The notes under the pieces are model-generated. The model searched no databases. It had not been told where the DNA came from and worked only from the letters and a program-made list of their open reading frames with translations. Positions 1 through 12,531 of a stretch of 64,000 nucleotides of DNA are shown in pieces. This DNA is from Lama glama. Lineage: Eukaryota. Position 1 is the first letter of the stretch; each line of letters starts with the position of its first letter. Where the stretch lies: positions 89,592,001 through 89,656,000 of the forward strand of contig CM052816.1 of NCBI GenBank assembly GCA_028534125.1, written 5' to 3'. The position numbers and the translations under genes were made by a program.

Positions 1-79
1 TAGAACCAACATGATAACACCTTGCTATCTGTGCCACCCAATGTCAAGGATGTTTCCTTGAAGTAAAAAGTGATGCTTA

Positions 80-390
80 CCGATGTTTCCAGTTCAACAT
101 CTTGACTGGATTATGAGAGCATTAAGCTAAACCTTTTGTGCCAGTGGGAGTGTTACATGCAAGTTTGCTCGAAACTCCTTCATTCCAAAAAGTCTTTTCC
201 GAACATTGCATGATGGTCATACAACCATATTAGAAATATAAAAGTGGGTAAAAATGTAGGGAATGAGTAAACAAACATGAGAAAAATGAACAATATTGAC
301 ATACTATTCCATGAGGACAACCAACACAATTATTTATTAAAATGTGATACACTGATTTTACTGAGGAAAAAGCAAAGAAAGCTGAATGCA
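80..390 (+). mobile_element. Possible highly decayed hAT transposase C-terminal (dimerisation domain) remnant
   Basis: GCCAGTGGGAG...TTTGCTCGAAACTC resembles ASGERSFSKL codons. ACTGATTTTACTGAGGAAAAAGCAAAGAAA (TDFTEEKAKK) resembles the IDxFAxxKARK end of hAT transposases. Frameshifted; recognised by eye only. Confidence 0.3.
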
Positions 391-864
391 ACCTTCCCTT
401 GAATTTCCCTTGACTACACTCATGAAGGGTTGACTGTCAGTTCGGAGTGTGTTGCTCTTGTTTTTAGCACAGATGTTTTTTCTGCGAGAAGCAAACTCCA
501 GGTTTTTACATGCATTACCAACATTTTTGCAGTTTTAAGGTCGGCGTTGATCAGCTGTTCGATAAATGATTGCATGATGCTAAGAATGTAGCGACGCAGT
601 CTAGGAGCCCCAGGTGAAGAGCGCTAACCTCCAGGACATTGTAATCGTGGTGTCTGGGACATGACAGACCTAGTACTGTTTACCTGTGTTTGAAGGCCGC
701 CACGTTCTTTGAGAGTTTTCAACAGGGCAGAGCGCACATGTCAAGGACAGTAAATAAACAGTCCTGGTGCTCTTGTTCCAAAATTTAGCTGCAAATGATG
801 TCAGTTAGAACGGATATTTGAAGCATTCTGCGTTCAGCAGAGCCAAGCACTGGACAATGTAGAA

Positions 865-1015
865 AGATGATGTCATTTAATCCTCATTATGATTTGATGA
901 GTTAGATATTAATATTTCCCATAGGGATTCAGACAGGTACAAAGTATGGCCCAAATCCTACTTTTTTTTTTTTTTTTGGCAAAGTTGAAGTTTAAGACTT
1001 GGATTTCTGACTCAG
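865..1015 (-). mobile_element. MIR SINE fragment with internal poly(T)
   Basis: TCATTTAATCCTCA...GGATTTCTGACTC matches the antisense MIR core. Confidence 0.6.
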
Positions 1016-1980
1016 TGCAAGGTTGGAATTACATGTGCTCAGCATTTCTCTTAGAAAGCAAACTCATATTTACTAACTTGGAATTAAAATATAAACTACA
1101 AGTCAGTTCTTAACTCATAATTCAGGCAAACTGTCTACAAAGAAGTATTTTCATGTGTCAAGGATTGAAGCATGGATTTCAGGATCATAATAAAATACAA
1201 AACTGTGACCTATTAAGACCTCATTTTTTACCATTAGTCTTTATTCCCTTTGCCTATACATAGCAAAACAGTGAATATATTTCATCAAAGACTTTTTACT
1301 GTGTTCTGTTATTTGACAGAAATTATTCTCAGAACTTGACATTTTAAAAATGCAAGTAATTATGTTCTGTAATGAGGAACTTTTCAACTTCCATGATGGA
1401 CCTCAGAATGGAAATTACCAAACACCTCAATTGACTATTACATTAACACCTTGCCTTTAGAACATGGATAATTTTTAATGTTCCTTCATTAGTAAATTTA
1501 ACCATAAGCAAAATATACACAGGACTTATTATGTGATGTTTTTAGAAAGGTGGCTAAATGTCATTGCTGTCATTATCAAATAAAATCCAGCAAGAAAAAA
1601 AATCCTAAAAACAGAATACTGGTGTTAACACTTAAATGTGAAGAGGTCAAAAATACCTTCACCATATGCACGGTTCTCTCAGTTACTCTCACACACAAAT
1701 ACTCATCATGACTGTGATGACATTTCCTTTTGAAGCAATAGATAGCTATGGTTAAAGACTTAGTATAAGAAAACATACAAGTAGGCATTTACGTACAAAT
1801 ACAAGCCAGTATATATATTCATGGATCCATGCGAAAGAACGTCACCAGGAATGAAAAACAAAAAGCATGTGTGAATTAACCTCTGACTATTCAGGAAAGA
1901 ATTTACTTGTTTCTCTAATAATTTATAAGTTTATATAGAAGAACTTGTACAAAAGAGAAGTGTTTTGGTGAAGATTATAT

Positions 1981-3412
1981 TTTATGTATGTCTGTATGTA
2001 TGTATTGATTGATGTATAGTTGTTTTACAATATTGTGTTAGTTTCATGTGTACAGCATAGTGATTCAGTATTTTTTTGTAGATTTTATTTCATTACAGGT
2101 TATTATAAGATATTGGATGTAATTCCATGTACTGTATAGTAAATCCTTGTTACTTATCTGTTTGATGTATTGTAGTTCATTTCTGTTAATCCCATACTCC
2201 TGTGTGCCCTCTGCCACTCCATCTCCTCTGTGGTGACCAGTTTGTTTCCTATGTCTTTGAATCTGACTCTGCTTTGTGCATGGATTCATTTGCATTATTT
2301 TTTTAAATTCCACATATGAATGGTATCATGTAGTGTTTGTCTTTCTTGGTCTGACTTATTTTACTAAGTATTATATTGTCTAGGTCCATTCATGTTGCAG
2401 ATGGCAATATTTCATTCTCTTTTAATGGCGGACTAATATTTCATTGTATTTCTATCCACATCTTCTTAAGCTAATTGTCTGTTGATGGGCACTTGGGCTG
2501 CTTCCCTGTCTTGGCCATATAAATAGTGCTGCTATGAATATAGGAGTGCATGTATCTTTTTAAATTAGAGCTTTTGTTTTTTCTGGATATATACCTAGGA
2601 GTGGAATTGCTGGGTCATATGGTATTTCTACTTTTGATTTTTAAAGGAACCTCCATACCATTTTCCACAGTGGCTGTACCAATTTACATTCCCACCAATA
2701 GTGAATAAGTGTTCCCTTTTCCCATATCCTCTCCAGCATATATTATTTGTAGACTTTTTTATGATAGCCATTCTGACCGATATGAGGTGATACTTCATTG
2801 TGGTTTTGATTTACATTTCTCCAATAATTAGTGATATTGAGACTCTTTTCATGTGACTGTTATTTTTCTGTATGTCTTCTTTGGAGAAATGTCTGTTTAG
2901 GTCTTCTGTCCATTTTTAACTGGGCTTTTTTTTTATCTTAAGCTATATGAGCTGATCATATTTTTAAGAAATTAATTCCTTGTCAGTTGCATTATTTGCA
3001 AATATTTTCTCCCATTCCATAGGTTGTCTTTTTGTTTTGTTTGTGGTTTCCTTTATTGTGCAAAAGCTTTTAAGTTTAGTTAGGTCTCATTTTTTTTTTT
3101 CTGCTTTTATTTCCATTATTCTAGGAGACAGATTAAAAAAAACATTGCTGTGATTTATGTCAAAGAGTGTTCTACATATGTTTTCCTCTGGTAGTTTTAG
3201 AGTATCCAGTCTTACATTTAGGCCTTTAATCTATTTTGAGTTTATTTTTGTATATGGTGTTAGAAAATGTTCTAATTTGATTCTTTTATATGTAGCTGTC
3301 CAGTTTTCTCAGTAATACTGGGAAAGAGACTGTCTTTTCTCCACTGTATATTCTTGCCTCCTTTATCATAAATGAATAGACCTCAAGTGCATGAGTTTAT
3401 TGCTGGGCTTAT
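1981..3412 (-). mobile_element. L1 LINE, 5'-truncated (ORF2 3' end + 3'UTR), cetartiodactyl type
   Basis: Antisense L1 hallmarks: GTTTCATGTGTACAGCATAGTGATTCAG, GGAGTGGAATTGCTGGGTCATATGG, CATTCTGACCGATATGAGGTGATAC. Decayed tail (TATG)n at the left end. Confidence 0.95.
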
Positions 3413-3560
3413 CTGAAAAAGAAGATATATATATACATAGATACATATGTTACATATATATAATTGAATCACTTTGCTGTACAGCTAAAACTAACACAAC
3501 ATTATAAATAAACTATACTTCAATAAAGAGCTTAAAAAATAAAAAATAAATAAAATTAAA
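3412..3560 (+). mobile_element. Short L1 3' end with poly(A) tail
   Basis: TGAATCACTTTGCTGTACAGCTAAAACTAACACAACATT...CAATAAA followed by an A-rich tail. Confidence 0.9.
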
Positions 3561-3594
3561 ACCATATTAGTATTCAAAACCAAAGTGTATAAAA

Positions 3595-3712
3595 TTAAGA
3601 TATGGTTATCATTGGGAGAAAATGTGTAAGAAGTCAATGCAAATTATCTGCATTGTCTTTGCAACTTTTCTATACATCTAAAATTATCTCACATTTTTTT
3701 ATTAAAAAAAAT
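3595..3712 (+). mobile_element. Older L1M (L1MB/MC-like) 3' terminus
   Basis: CTGCATTGTCTTTGCAACTTTTCTATACATCTAAAATTAT followed by an A-run. Confidence 0.6.
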
Positions 3713-4867
3713 TTAGTATGACCGAAGCATAATATATTCAATTTTCTCCTGAAAAAAATGATTTGCTCTTCAGGCATCTCTTAACTCTATATCCAGGTTT
3801 GCCTAATATATCTCTGAAAATGAGTAATTACTCTCCTATTGTGGGCCAACCACTGCTTCTCCCAGCCTCAGCAGATGTTCACATTCCTCTAGCCGGGGCT
3901 GGATTTAGGATGGAAAGTCATTTGCCTTGACCAAGAAATCGGCTAAATTTAGCTTGGTGAAGAAAGGAGGAAGTTTACTTTGATATCCCCTGAAAACTCT
4001 TAATCAGATGTTCTTGCAATGTAATTCTCTTTTACATAAGTTGTGTGATGATTCAGTTATTTTCAAAATAGAAACATTTTTAAGAACCTACTAAATAATC
4101 AATGGCCTATTTTGCGATGTTGAGACTGAGATATTTAGTAGTGGTCTTGATAAAAAGGTGATTAACAGCTTATCCCTTCAAGAACACACCATCTAAAGAC
4201 TAACAGACATGGCGGATGTAAAACACAGGCGTGGAATCACAGACGTCAACCACAGTCCTGTAGCCCTGAATTCAGCTGGAAGTATCAGTGTGAATTCATT
4301 AGGCATTTCATCTTTATAGAGTGGTTAATTCCAGTGTGAACAGAGGCAAAAATTCCTGATCAACCAAGTAACAAATGAGGACCTCAAATACTCAACTTAT
4401 GGCCTCAAAATGCTATTTCCACCAAAAGAAAATGGGGCTGCTTGGAAACATAAAGAATAGCAAGAAAGCTGTAAAAAAAAAAAAAAAAGTCTAAATATAT
4501 ATAAAATAGGCCAGAGATCCAACTTGAAAAGACAGAATAATAATGGTAACCAAATAATAGATGATGGGGGGAAATTTCTACAAAATCTTTCACCCTAAAA
4601 AGAAGAAAAAATTGTATAAGAATGTGAGAATTAAGCAACCTTGAGTAAATTGACGGATCTATCAGTAATTATTGACAGTTGCTAACGTCACCAAAAGAAA
4701 AGTGTGCAGCTAGCATGTCCCTCCTGTTGGAAACAGAGCATCATCTACTGAAAAAGAAAATAAACATTGACAAAGGAAAATAAATAATGACAAAATTTGT
4801 TCAAGCCACTAGTTGAGACTTACAGGAAGTACAATTTACAGGAAAAAGAGAAGACAGGTAATTGTTA

Positions 4868-5367
4868 NNNNNNNNNNNNNNNNNNNNNNNNNNNNNNNNN
4901 NNNNNNNNNNNNNNNNNNNNNNNNNNNNNNNNNNNNNNNNNNNNNNNNNNNNNNNNNNNNNNNNNNNNNNNNNNNNNNNNNNNNNNNNNNNNNNNNNNNN
5001 NNNNNNNNNNNNNNNNNNNNNNNNNNNNNNNNNNNNNNNNNNNNNNNNNNNNNNNNNNNNNNNNNNNNNNNNNNNNNNNNNNNNNNNNNNNNNNNNNNNN
5101 NNNNNNNNNNNNNNNNNNNNNNNNNNNNNNNNNNNNNNNNNNNNNNNNNNNNNNNNNNNNNNNNNNNNNNNNNNNNNNNNNNNNNNNNNNNNNNNNNNNN
5201 NNNNNNNNNNNNNNNNNNNNNNNNNNNNNNNNNNNNNNNNNNNNNNNNNNNNNNNNNNNNNNNNNNNNNNNNNNNNNNNNNNNNNNNNNNNNNNNNNNNN
5301 NNNNNNNNNNNNNNNNNNNNNNNNNNNNNNNNNNNNNNNNNNNNNNNNNNNNNNNNNNNNNNNNNNN
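4868..5367. other. Assembly gap (500 N)
   Basis: Run of N. Confidence 1.
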
Positions 5368-5374
5368 AACAAAA

Positions 5375-6450
5375 ATATCATGAGAATGCCTCCCCTGCTG
5401 ATATACATATTTTTAATGGCTGCATAATATTCTCAATTAAAAAGTACCATTGTTTGCTTAATCATTTCCTATTGATGGAAATTCTTTAAGTTCTCAGCTT
5501 TCTGCTGCTACAAAAGGTGTCAGAATAAATACTGGATAATTTTTATCTAGTGATGTTTTCATTGCTATAGATTCTTGTATAAAGTAGGATTTTTGACGAA
5601 CAGGTCTATAATTTTAACGGCTATTATCAGATTGCTTTAAAAAAACTACTCTACCAATGCACATTTCTAACAGCTGTGGATGAGAATTCCACTTTCCTTG
5701 TTTTCCTGCAAAAACTGGTGGTGTTATTTATTCAATTTCTCCTAATGATAAGAAGTCTATTTCGTTGTTTCTTTTATTACATTTCTTCGGCAATCTCTAA
5801 GAGTGAGCATTTTTCCTTTGGTCTATTGGAACCTTGGGAATTCTTTTTGGCTATCCCTTTTCATGAATTCAAATGCTTTGCCAATTTTTTTTAATCACAC
5901 TGTATCTTTATCTTAATTGGCAGCAGGAGTTTAGACAATATAAATATCAAAATTTTTATCTCTGTTAAACATTTGCTAATCACTTTGCTTTGAAGCTGTG
6001 CAATGGTATAATTTTAAATTAACAAGTACAAAACTTTGTATAGTCATATATTATATATTTTATTGCTTCTGGGCTTCTCTTATTTCTAAATTTCCCTTTT
6101 CCTAGTGCATGCATTTATTCCACTAACATTTATTCTTTACTCTGGATTCCTTTTAAATTGGTTTGCTGTTCATACAGTTTACATTGATTTCTCTACAATA
6201 TGAAGCAAAATTTCAAATACATTTTTCCAAATGCATAGCCTATTTGTTTCAGCAAAAGTACTATGCCCATAGAAATGAACCACCACCCTGCTATATATCA
6301 AATTCCCACACATACTAGTGTCTAGTTTTAGACTCTTCATATTGCTTCTTTTCAGAAAACCTACATTTTGTTGCTGTGAAAACATCACACTTTTAAGTTG
6401 TTTAAAGAATGATTTAATATTTAATTAAAAAAACTTTTTTATAACTATTG
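5375..6450 (-). mobile_element. Ancient L1ME-like LINE fragment
   Basis: TTTTAATGGCTGCATAATATTC...TTTCCTATTGATGG...CAGATTGCTTT...ACCAATGCACATTTCTAACAGC, a degenerate antisense L1 ORF2 3' region. Confidence 0.75.
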
Positions 6451-7602
6451 TGTCCTTTTACTATTTTTTAAAATATTCTTCATTATTCATCCTTTACCAT
6501 AAGACTCACCAAAATTATCTCATCTATCAGTAAATTTCCAGGGTTTTACAATAAAAATCTGTATGTTTATTTTAACTTTACAATCAGCCAACAAATATAT
6601 TTCCATCTTCTCTATAAAGAAAAACAAAGAATTTTTTAAGTGGCTACTAAAATCTTTTGGCTTCCTTTTTAAATATTTGGTTAATTTAGCATGAATTATT
6701 AGAGTGGACCAGTATAATTTTTAATCATTATCTAATACATCATAAGAACTCAGACACCATATATAAACCAATTTTTCCCAATACTTTGCCACTGTCATCA
6801 ATCTGTCATTCATTAAATCAAAGATTGGTGTTTAGATTTGACATTCTCTATTTTGTACTCTTTTTTTTCCCCTTTCAGCATTTATTCAGAAATCATTGAT
6901 TAGTTCTCCCAGCTTATAATTTCTTTGGTAGTATTGCTCAGATTTTGGAGCATCTAATTTTTTCTGGAACGATGCATACTGAAGTACTTTTGATTTTACT
7001 GGGACTGAAATCAAGACACCAAGAGATAGAGACCAGTCAATGGGTTTCACAAACCCACTATTCCCTTTCAACAGTAATTAATATGGAGATGTTTTTCTGC
7101 ATTGCCTCGGTCTTCCCAAAAGTTAAGAGAATTTCAGACCAGATTACTTCTTGTATTGTGTGTGGCATCCATTTGAAGTTCATAAGATGAACATTTACAA
7201 ACTTCTTTTAAGAAGCAAAAATGTATATATTTCCAAATCCACAAATATGAAAAGGATCAAGCACAGCAGATCCCTAAACAACCAACTTAAAGAGAAACAG
7301 ATCTCTCTCTGGGTGTTAACCCTCAGGACAGATACAGAAAGAATAGTGTGCTTGGCATTCCTTGTTCAAAAACCAGTCATCCTTGCGGTAAAGCAAAACT
7401 GACAATAAAGTAGAAGAATTGCGAGATTGTATTAATATATTCAAAATAAGCAGACTTTATAATCTAAAAGAAACTATTTGTCTTTAAAAATTAGAAATAT
7501 TCACCAACATATAGGGCATCTGGATTTTGGAAGACTTTGGCACCAACGTCATGTGTATTTAATAGTTTCAACCACAAAAAATAAAGTATGGTTCTCTTTC
7601 TT

Positions 7603-7727
7603 TCTTTTTTTATCTTTTTGTTGTTTTTTTTGGGGGGGGTGGTAATTAGGTTTATTTATTTAATGGAGGTGCTAGGGATTGAACCCAGGTCCTTGTTCAT
7701 GCTGGGCATGTGCTCTACCACTGAGCT
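7603..7727 (-). mobile_element. tRNA-derived SINE (camelid Vic-1-like)
   Basis: The minus strand carries A box AGCTCAGTGGTAGA and B box GGGTTCAATCCC, body CCTAATTACC(C)n and an A-rich tail. Direct repeat CTCTTTCTT at 7594-7602 and 7726-7734 is the likely TSD. Confidence 0.85.
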
Positions 7728-8164
7728 CTTTCTTGTGGAAGAAAATTTACTAGCATTAAGTTTAACAATGCCATACAAAGTAGTTTCATAAACCTAACTT
7801 CTCATCACTGTAGTGATAAGGTGGTATTATAAACTGACAATAATTACTAAAATGGCCTCCTGAAATAAGAACTGGAAAGGAACCCCTGTGGAGCTCTGAG
7901 AGACGGTACACATAAGTTAAACTCTAATTTTAGCAACTCACTGTTCTAATCATTTCACCTGTTGCTGGGGCCAAGGAGAAATGAGATGGCTGAAAGCAGA
8001 GGGCCAGGATAACTGTCAATAGTCATGTCTTACTAGTCCCATTTGTTCTGGTGAAAAAGAAAAATCAGTACATAGTGTCAGCATTGAACTCAGGTCCCAC
8101 AGATTTTCCACAGCAATTACCTTGAGGTTAGAAAGATGATATTTTATGAATGAAAGATTAAGAA

Positions 8165-8774
8165 AACTGAGCGGGACCCTGTGGAGCCCTCCTGAGTACG
8201 AAAGACTTTCTGTGTCCCCCATTTCTTGTTGGTAAGAAAAACGCTTCAGCCTTCTACACTTTCTCTGAGTTCCAAGGAGCAGATTGAAACAGTTATTAAT
8301 TAGGGAGGGGAGGGAATGCAGAATCCAAAGAAAGGCAGTCAAGAGACAATAGTGTAGTGATGGGGCAGAGTACTGGCTCCTCATGGGAGATGTGCCAGAA
8401 TTCTGACACAGACTGATGAGTTCTACAGGAGCTGGGGCCCAGGTGGAGGATTGTAACTTCAGGCTGAGCACAAGCACTGGACCCCAGACAGGTTGGAATC
8501 AAAAGGCTGATGATTGAGATTCCTGGAGCAACACCTTGTTACCCTTCCCCACCAACCAATGAGAGGAAGGTCACATGCCCTGCAGATCTCCCGCCAAATG
8601 TGCCTTCCCAAACACTTCTCTCACTAACACCCATCAGGGAGTTCAGGTTTTTTGAGCCTAAGCTACCTGTTCTTTTTGCTTGACCCTGCAATAATCTTTC
8701 TCTGCTCCAAACTCCACATTTTGGTTTGTTTGACTTCACTGTGCCTTGGACACACAACTTTGGATTTGACAATA
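8165..8774 (+). mobile_element. Solo ERV1-class LTR
   Basis: About 610 bp GC-richer block with CCAAT (ACCAATGAG), a degenerate poly(A) signal in TGCAATAATCTTTCTCTGCTCCAAAC and a U5-like end ...TTTGACAATA. Confidence 0.75.
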
Positions 8775-9029
8775 TTAGGACACTTTTGGACAAAGATAAA
8801 GTTTAACAACTGTATTAAGTACAAAGTTTATTCACAGATGCTCCCTTGTTCACTACACACCCACCCAACACTCAACCACACCATCCATTCTAAGAGAAGC
8901 AGACCACACACATACACAGATACACCAAAGGATGCTCTACACTGTGGTTCCATCATCCATCTTGCATTTTTTTCTTTATACGTGGAGTGTCATTTTTTCT
9001 TACTTATTGGCTTCAAAAAATGGAGGTAT

Positions 9030-9625
9030 TGTTAGAGCAGGCAGATAGCTAGATATGAGAGAGAAAGGCGGGCTCCAGTCAGGTGGCCAGAAACCATACT
9101 TCTTGTAAATAGTGGAGTTCCTTGGGCAAACAAAGAAAAGCAGGAACCTCCAGGGTGCCAGGAAACTATGTAGCTTGTAGTGACAGGGGTCCTGGAGGCA
9201 AAGAAATGTGGGAAAAGGCAGAAATCTGGTGCCTGAATGTGACTTTTTGATCATTATGCCCTCAATACAATAAAATTAGCGTTGCAGATATGAAGTATTC
9301 ATCATGCACTAATGCCATGACACTTTCATCAAGACGAAATAAGGACAAAATTCCCTCCTCCTTTGGGAAGCTGGAGCTATGATGAAAATCAGGGACTACA
9401 ACCCCAAACCCCTCCCTCCTCAATGAACGTTCTGCCCATTCATTTTCACATCCCATGGAACAGCTCACCAACGACACTCGGGGCTGCTACTCACCAGAGT
9501 CTGCCCGCCCTCCCTCCCTCTGACAGTGTACTCTTGCTTAATAAACCCTCACTTTGCTTTCCTGACCTCTGTCTCTCCCTACGAATTCTTTCTGCAACTA
9601 CATAAGAACCTACTCTCCAGTAACA
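9030..9625 (+). mobile_element. Solo ERV1-class LTR, complete
   Basis: TGTTA...TAACA inverted termini; perfect 4-bp TSD GTAT (9026-9029 and 9626-9629); AATAAA at about 9540. Confidence 0.92.
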
Positions 9626-10770
9626 GTATAAATTAGAGTTTAATAGTTTTACTTCTTATCAGCTCTGTAGATTTATCACATCATCTATTTTATTATATAG
9701 TTGATGATCTCCATAAGGCCACCCCTAGGTTTACTTTTACTTATACTCTTATGCTCTTAGAAGCAGTGTTATTATTTGCAGTTTCTCCAGGTGGACTAAA
9801 TATACAGAAAATGGTTCTGAAGGAGAGGTCTTTAAAATTTCTTTTCATCACTCTCAATAATGGATATAGATATATATATTTAAACAATATACATAGTAAA
9901 ATACTGGGATCCCCATGACAAACTCATTGTCAATTTGCTAGGTTACAAAAAATATCAGCAAGATTTTTCCCAGGCATAGCACAGTGGGAGAGATTGGCCC
10001 CAGTATCCCATGACAGTTCTAACCCCTTCTCCCCGCCCGCTGTGGTCCCTCACTAAGCTGCTTCTACGCTCAGCACTCTTGCCACTTTTTCTCTCCCTCT
10101 TCCCTGTGACAAGTGCTCTAAGGGAACTGAAACAGAAAAGAGGAAAGGATGCATTTTTGGTGCAGGCATTTTCAGAAGAGCAGCATTTCACAGAACTCAG
10201 AGCCCACAGGTGCAGGTGAAAACCCAGATTCAAAGTTGAATGTGATCTGAGAAGTTCAATTATTAAAAAAAAAAAAAATTGCCTCTCCTCAAACAGTGGA
10301 GTGAAGGATGATTTTCTAATTTATAGGAAAATATCAGAATAGAAAATTTGATATTAATTTTCTCTTCCTTAGGGCTTGCATCTTAACATGTAATAATCTC
10401 TTTACAATGTATGATGGGTCCATTTACCTTTTTAATTAATCATTTATTTAATTTGCCAAGCATAAAATATCTTTACCACCCTCATAATGACCCCACAATA
10501 TGTTATTATTTTGGAGCCAATAAATAATGACAAATACATGCTGACTCTGACCTGAAACTCCAGGCAGATTCCTCTGCTGAGTAACAGATCTCACTCGTCT
10601 GCACATTTCAAACAGGAATTCCCTGTTGGTATTTCAAACATAAAATTTCTAGAATGATTTCTGTGGTCATTTTTCTTCTACTTTATTCCCATTCTTCTCA
10701 TTGTGTTTGAAGCTCATTCAGGGTCAGCAAAGTCTTACAAGTTTTATTTTCTTGTTTTGTCAAAACCAGA

Positions 10771-11508
10771 TTTTTTTTTTAACGGAGCAAGCATTTTATT
10801 TAGTAAGTTCTAAGATACAATTTACAGTTGGCGTTTAGTTCCAGTTTCGCTTCCATGATATGAGTATTTCATAAAAGGTCAATTTCTTATGAAGGCAGAC
10901 GGTTACATCAACTCATTAGGATTAACACAACGACCTTAAAAAGTGTTTGGTACAAGCTAAACAGACCCCACAAATGAAAAGGAAAGAAGAGAGAGGATGC
11001 AGAGATACAGGCCCAATAGCCCCACCCAGGGCTTTCTCATTTAGATGTTATTCTTGGACAGCAAATATTTCTAATGTTTTGAAATACAATGGTTGACAAT
11101 ATTCCACCCACTTCAAATTCAGCAATGAATAGTTTTGTCTAGGGATAACCTCAGATCTGTATATTTTTTGTAATTTAGAATTATTCCTCGGAGCTTTATG
11201 AGTAGATTTATCACATACATCAATGTGAGATCATTTTATAAGACAAAGTTGCAGAGGAGAGACAAGCCCTCTCTTTCACAGCACTGAAGTACCTGAAGAT
11301 ACTCCTGTAAATATCCCTTTGAAAGTTCATTCCGTGGGGGTGGTAGTCACTTGTTTACAAAAATCTTGCACTCAACTTGATAAACAGAACCTGCAGATGA
11401 GCCAGATGGGGAATGAAGTCCTCCTACAAAGTATTAAATTACGGTGAAGAACTGATTATGGTGCATCTAATCTCCATTGGAAGACTCATTTCTCTAAAGC
11501 ACATCCAT
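10771..11508 (-). pseudogene. Retroposed mRNA 3'UTR fragment (5'-truncated processed copy), parent unidentified
   Basis: T10 at 10771-10780 with minus-strand AATAAA (TTTATT 10795-10800) 14 nt away, and a non-repeat UTR-like body. Candidate TSD AAACCAGATT (10763-10772) / AAACCAAATT (11509-11518). Right boundary uncertain. Confidence 0.6.
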
Positions 11509-12531
11509 AAACCAAATTAACTCGAATTGATGCTCCAAAGGAGAAGCCGCATGTATGTGTTTATGCCTAATAATGTCTTCCGCTCTGGCTGAGAACGCCT
11601 ACCTGGGCAAACTCATTTCCACCTCAGTCTCCTCACGTAAGTTAATTATGCAACGAGGCAAAACCTTGCAAGCCGTTCTGAGAACGTTTGTCTAAGTAAA
11701 CATCGCATCTTATAAATTCCTACGGTCTTCTAATTTCAGGTCACTTATGCGCTAAAGTAAATCCCACTACTCAAGTTTTTCAGTTTGTACCATGTATTTA
11801 TTTTTAATATTTTATACAACTACTCTTTGATGCATTTGACAAAATTTGCAGCTTCCCTTGTTTTCCATCTTAAAACATGCCTTGGTCTGGGTTGTAAAAA
11901 TGGATACATACATACAAAATTTGCAAAATTCAAAATCTTACTGAGAATAAAGTGTAAAATTCTTCTCCCATCAATTGAAAATATAATCTCTTATTATCAC
12001 TATCTGTCCAAGTATGAACTTTTCCTGCCATTTTCTCTCCTTCTTTCTTTCATGTTCTCTTTCTCATTTTTTTTCTTTTTCCTCATCTTTCTTTCTTGGA
12101 CATCCTTCAATTTTCTTTCTCATTCTCATTTGTTGGTGTTCTTTCTCTGACTGTACATACACACAAGCACACGATTGACTCATGTTGAAGAACTAGAGTT
12201 GCCTTCGTAAGAATCCTTACTGTTTCATTTGGGGTTCTAGCTAGCTATTTTAATTTTTTAGTTGCTACTTTTAAAGGAATATTTCCACTCAGGATGTCTT
12301 CAAACTGTATTTTCTGATTTATATGAAAACTAATGTTTCTTAAACAAAACTGCTCACAGTCCCTACTTTTATGTAATGCTCCTTACATTGAGTAAACTTA
12401 AAAGAAAACTGAGGGATGATAGTAAACATGGTCATCGGCTCTTGTTGCTAACCTTTCACTACACAAGGAGCGTTTGCTGTTAGTTTCAGGCAATTATATT
12501 TTCTCAGCTTAAAGAAGTAGCTTCTAGTAGT

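Noticed and set aside
4797..5489. Long ORFs in the track (also 50704-51248 and 25005-25217)
   Set aside because: Artefacts of translating through N gaps.
7660..7727. tRNA-like A/B boxes as a tRNA gene
   Set aside because: Attached to a SINE body, A-rich tail and TSD; the acceptor stem is incomplete.
8016..9605. ORFs of 68-153 aa
   Set aside because: They lie in or across solo LTRs and show no recognisable protein similarity.
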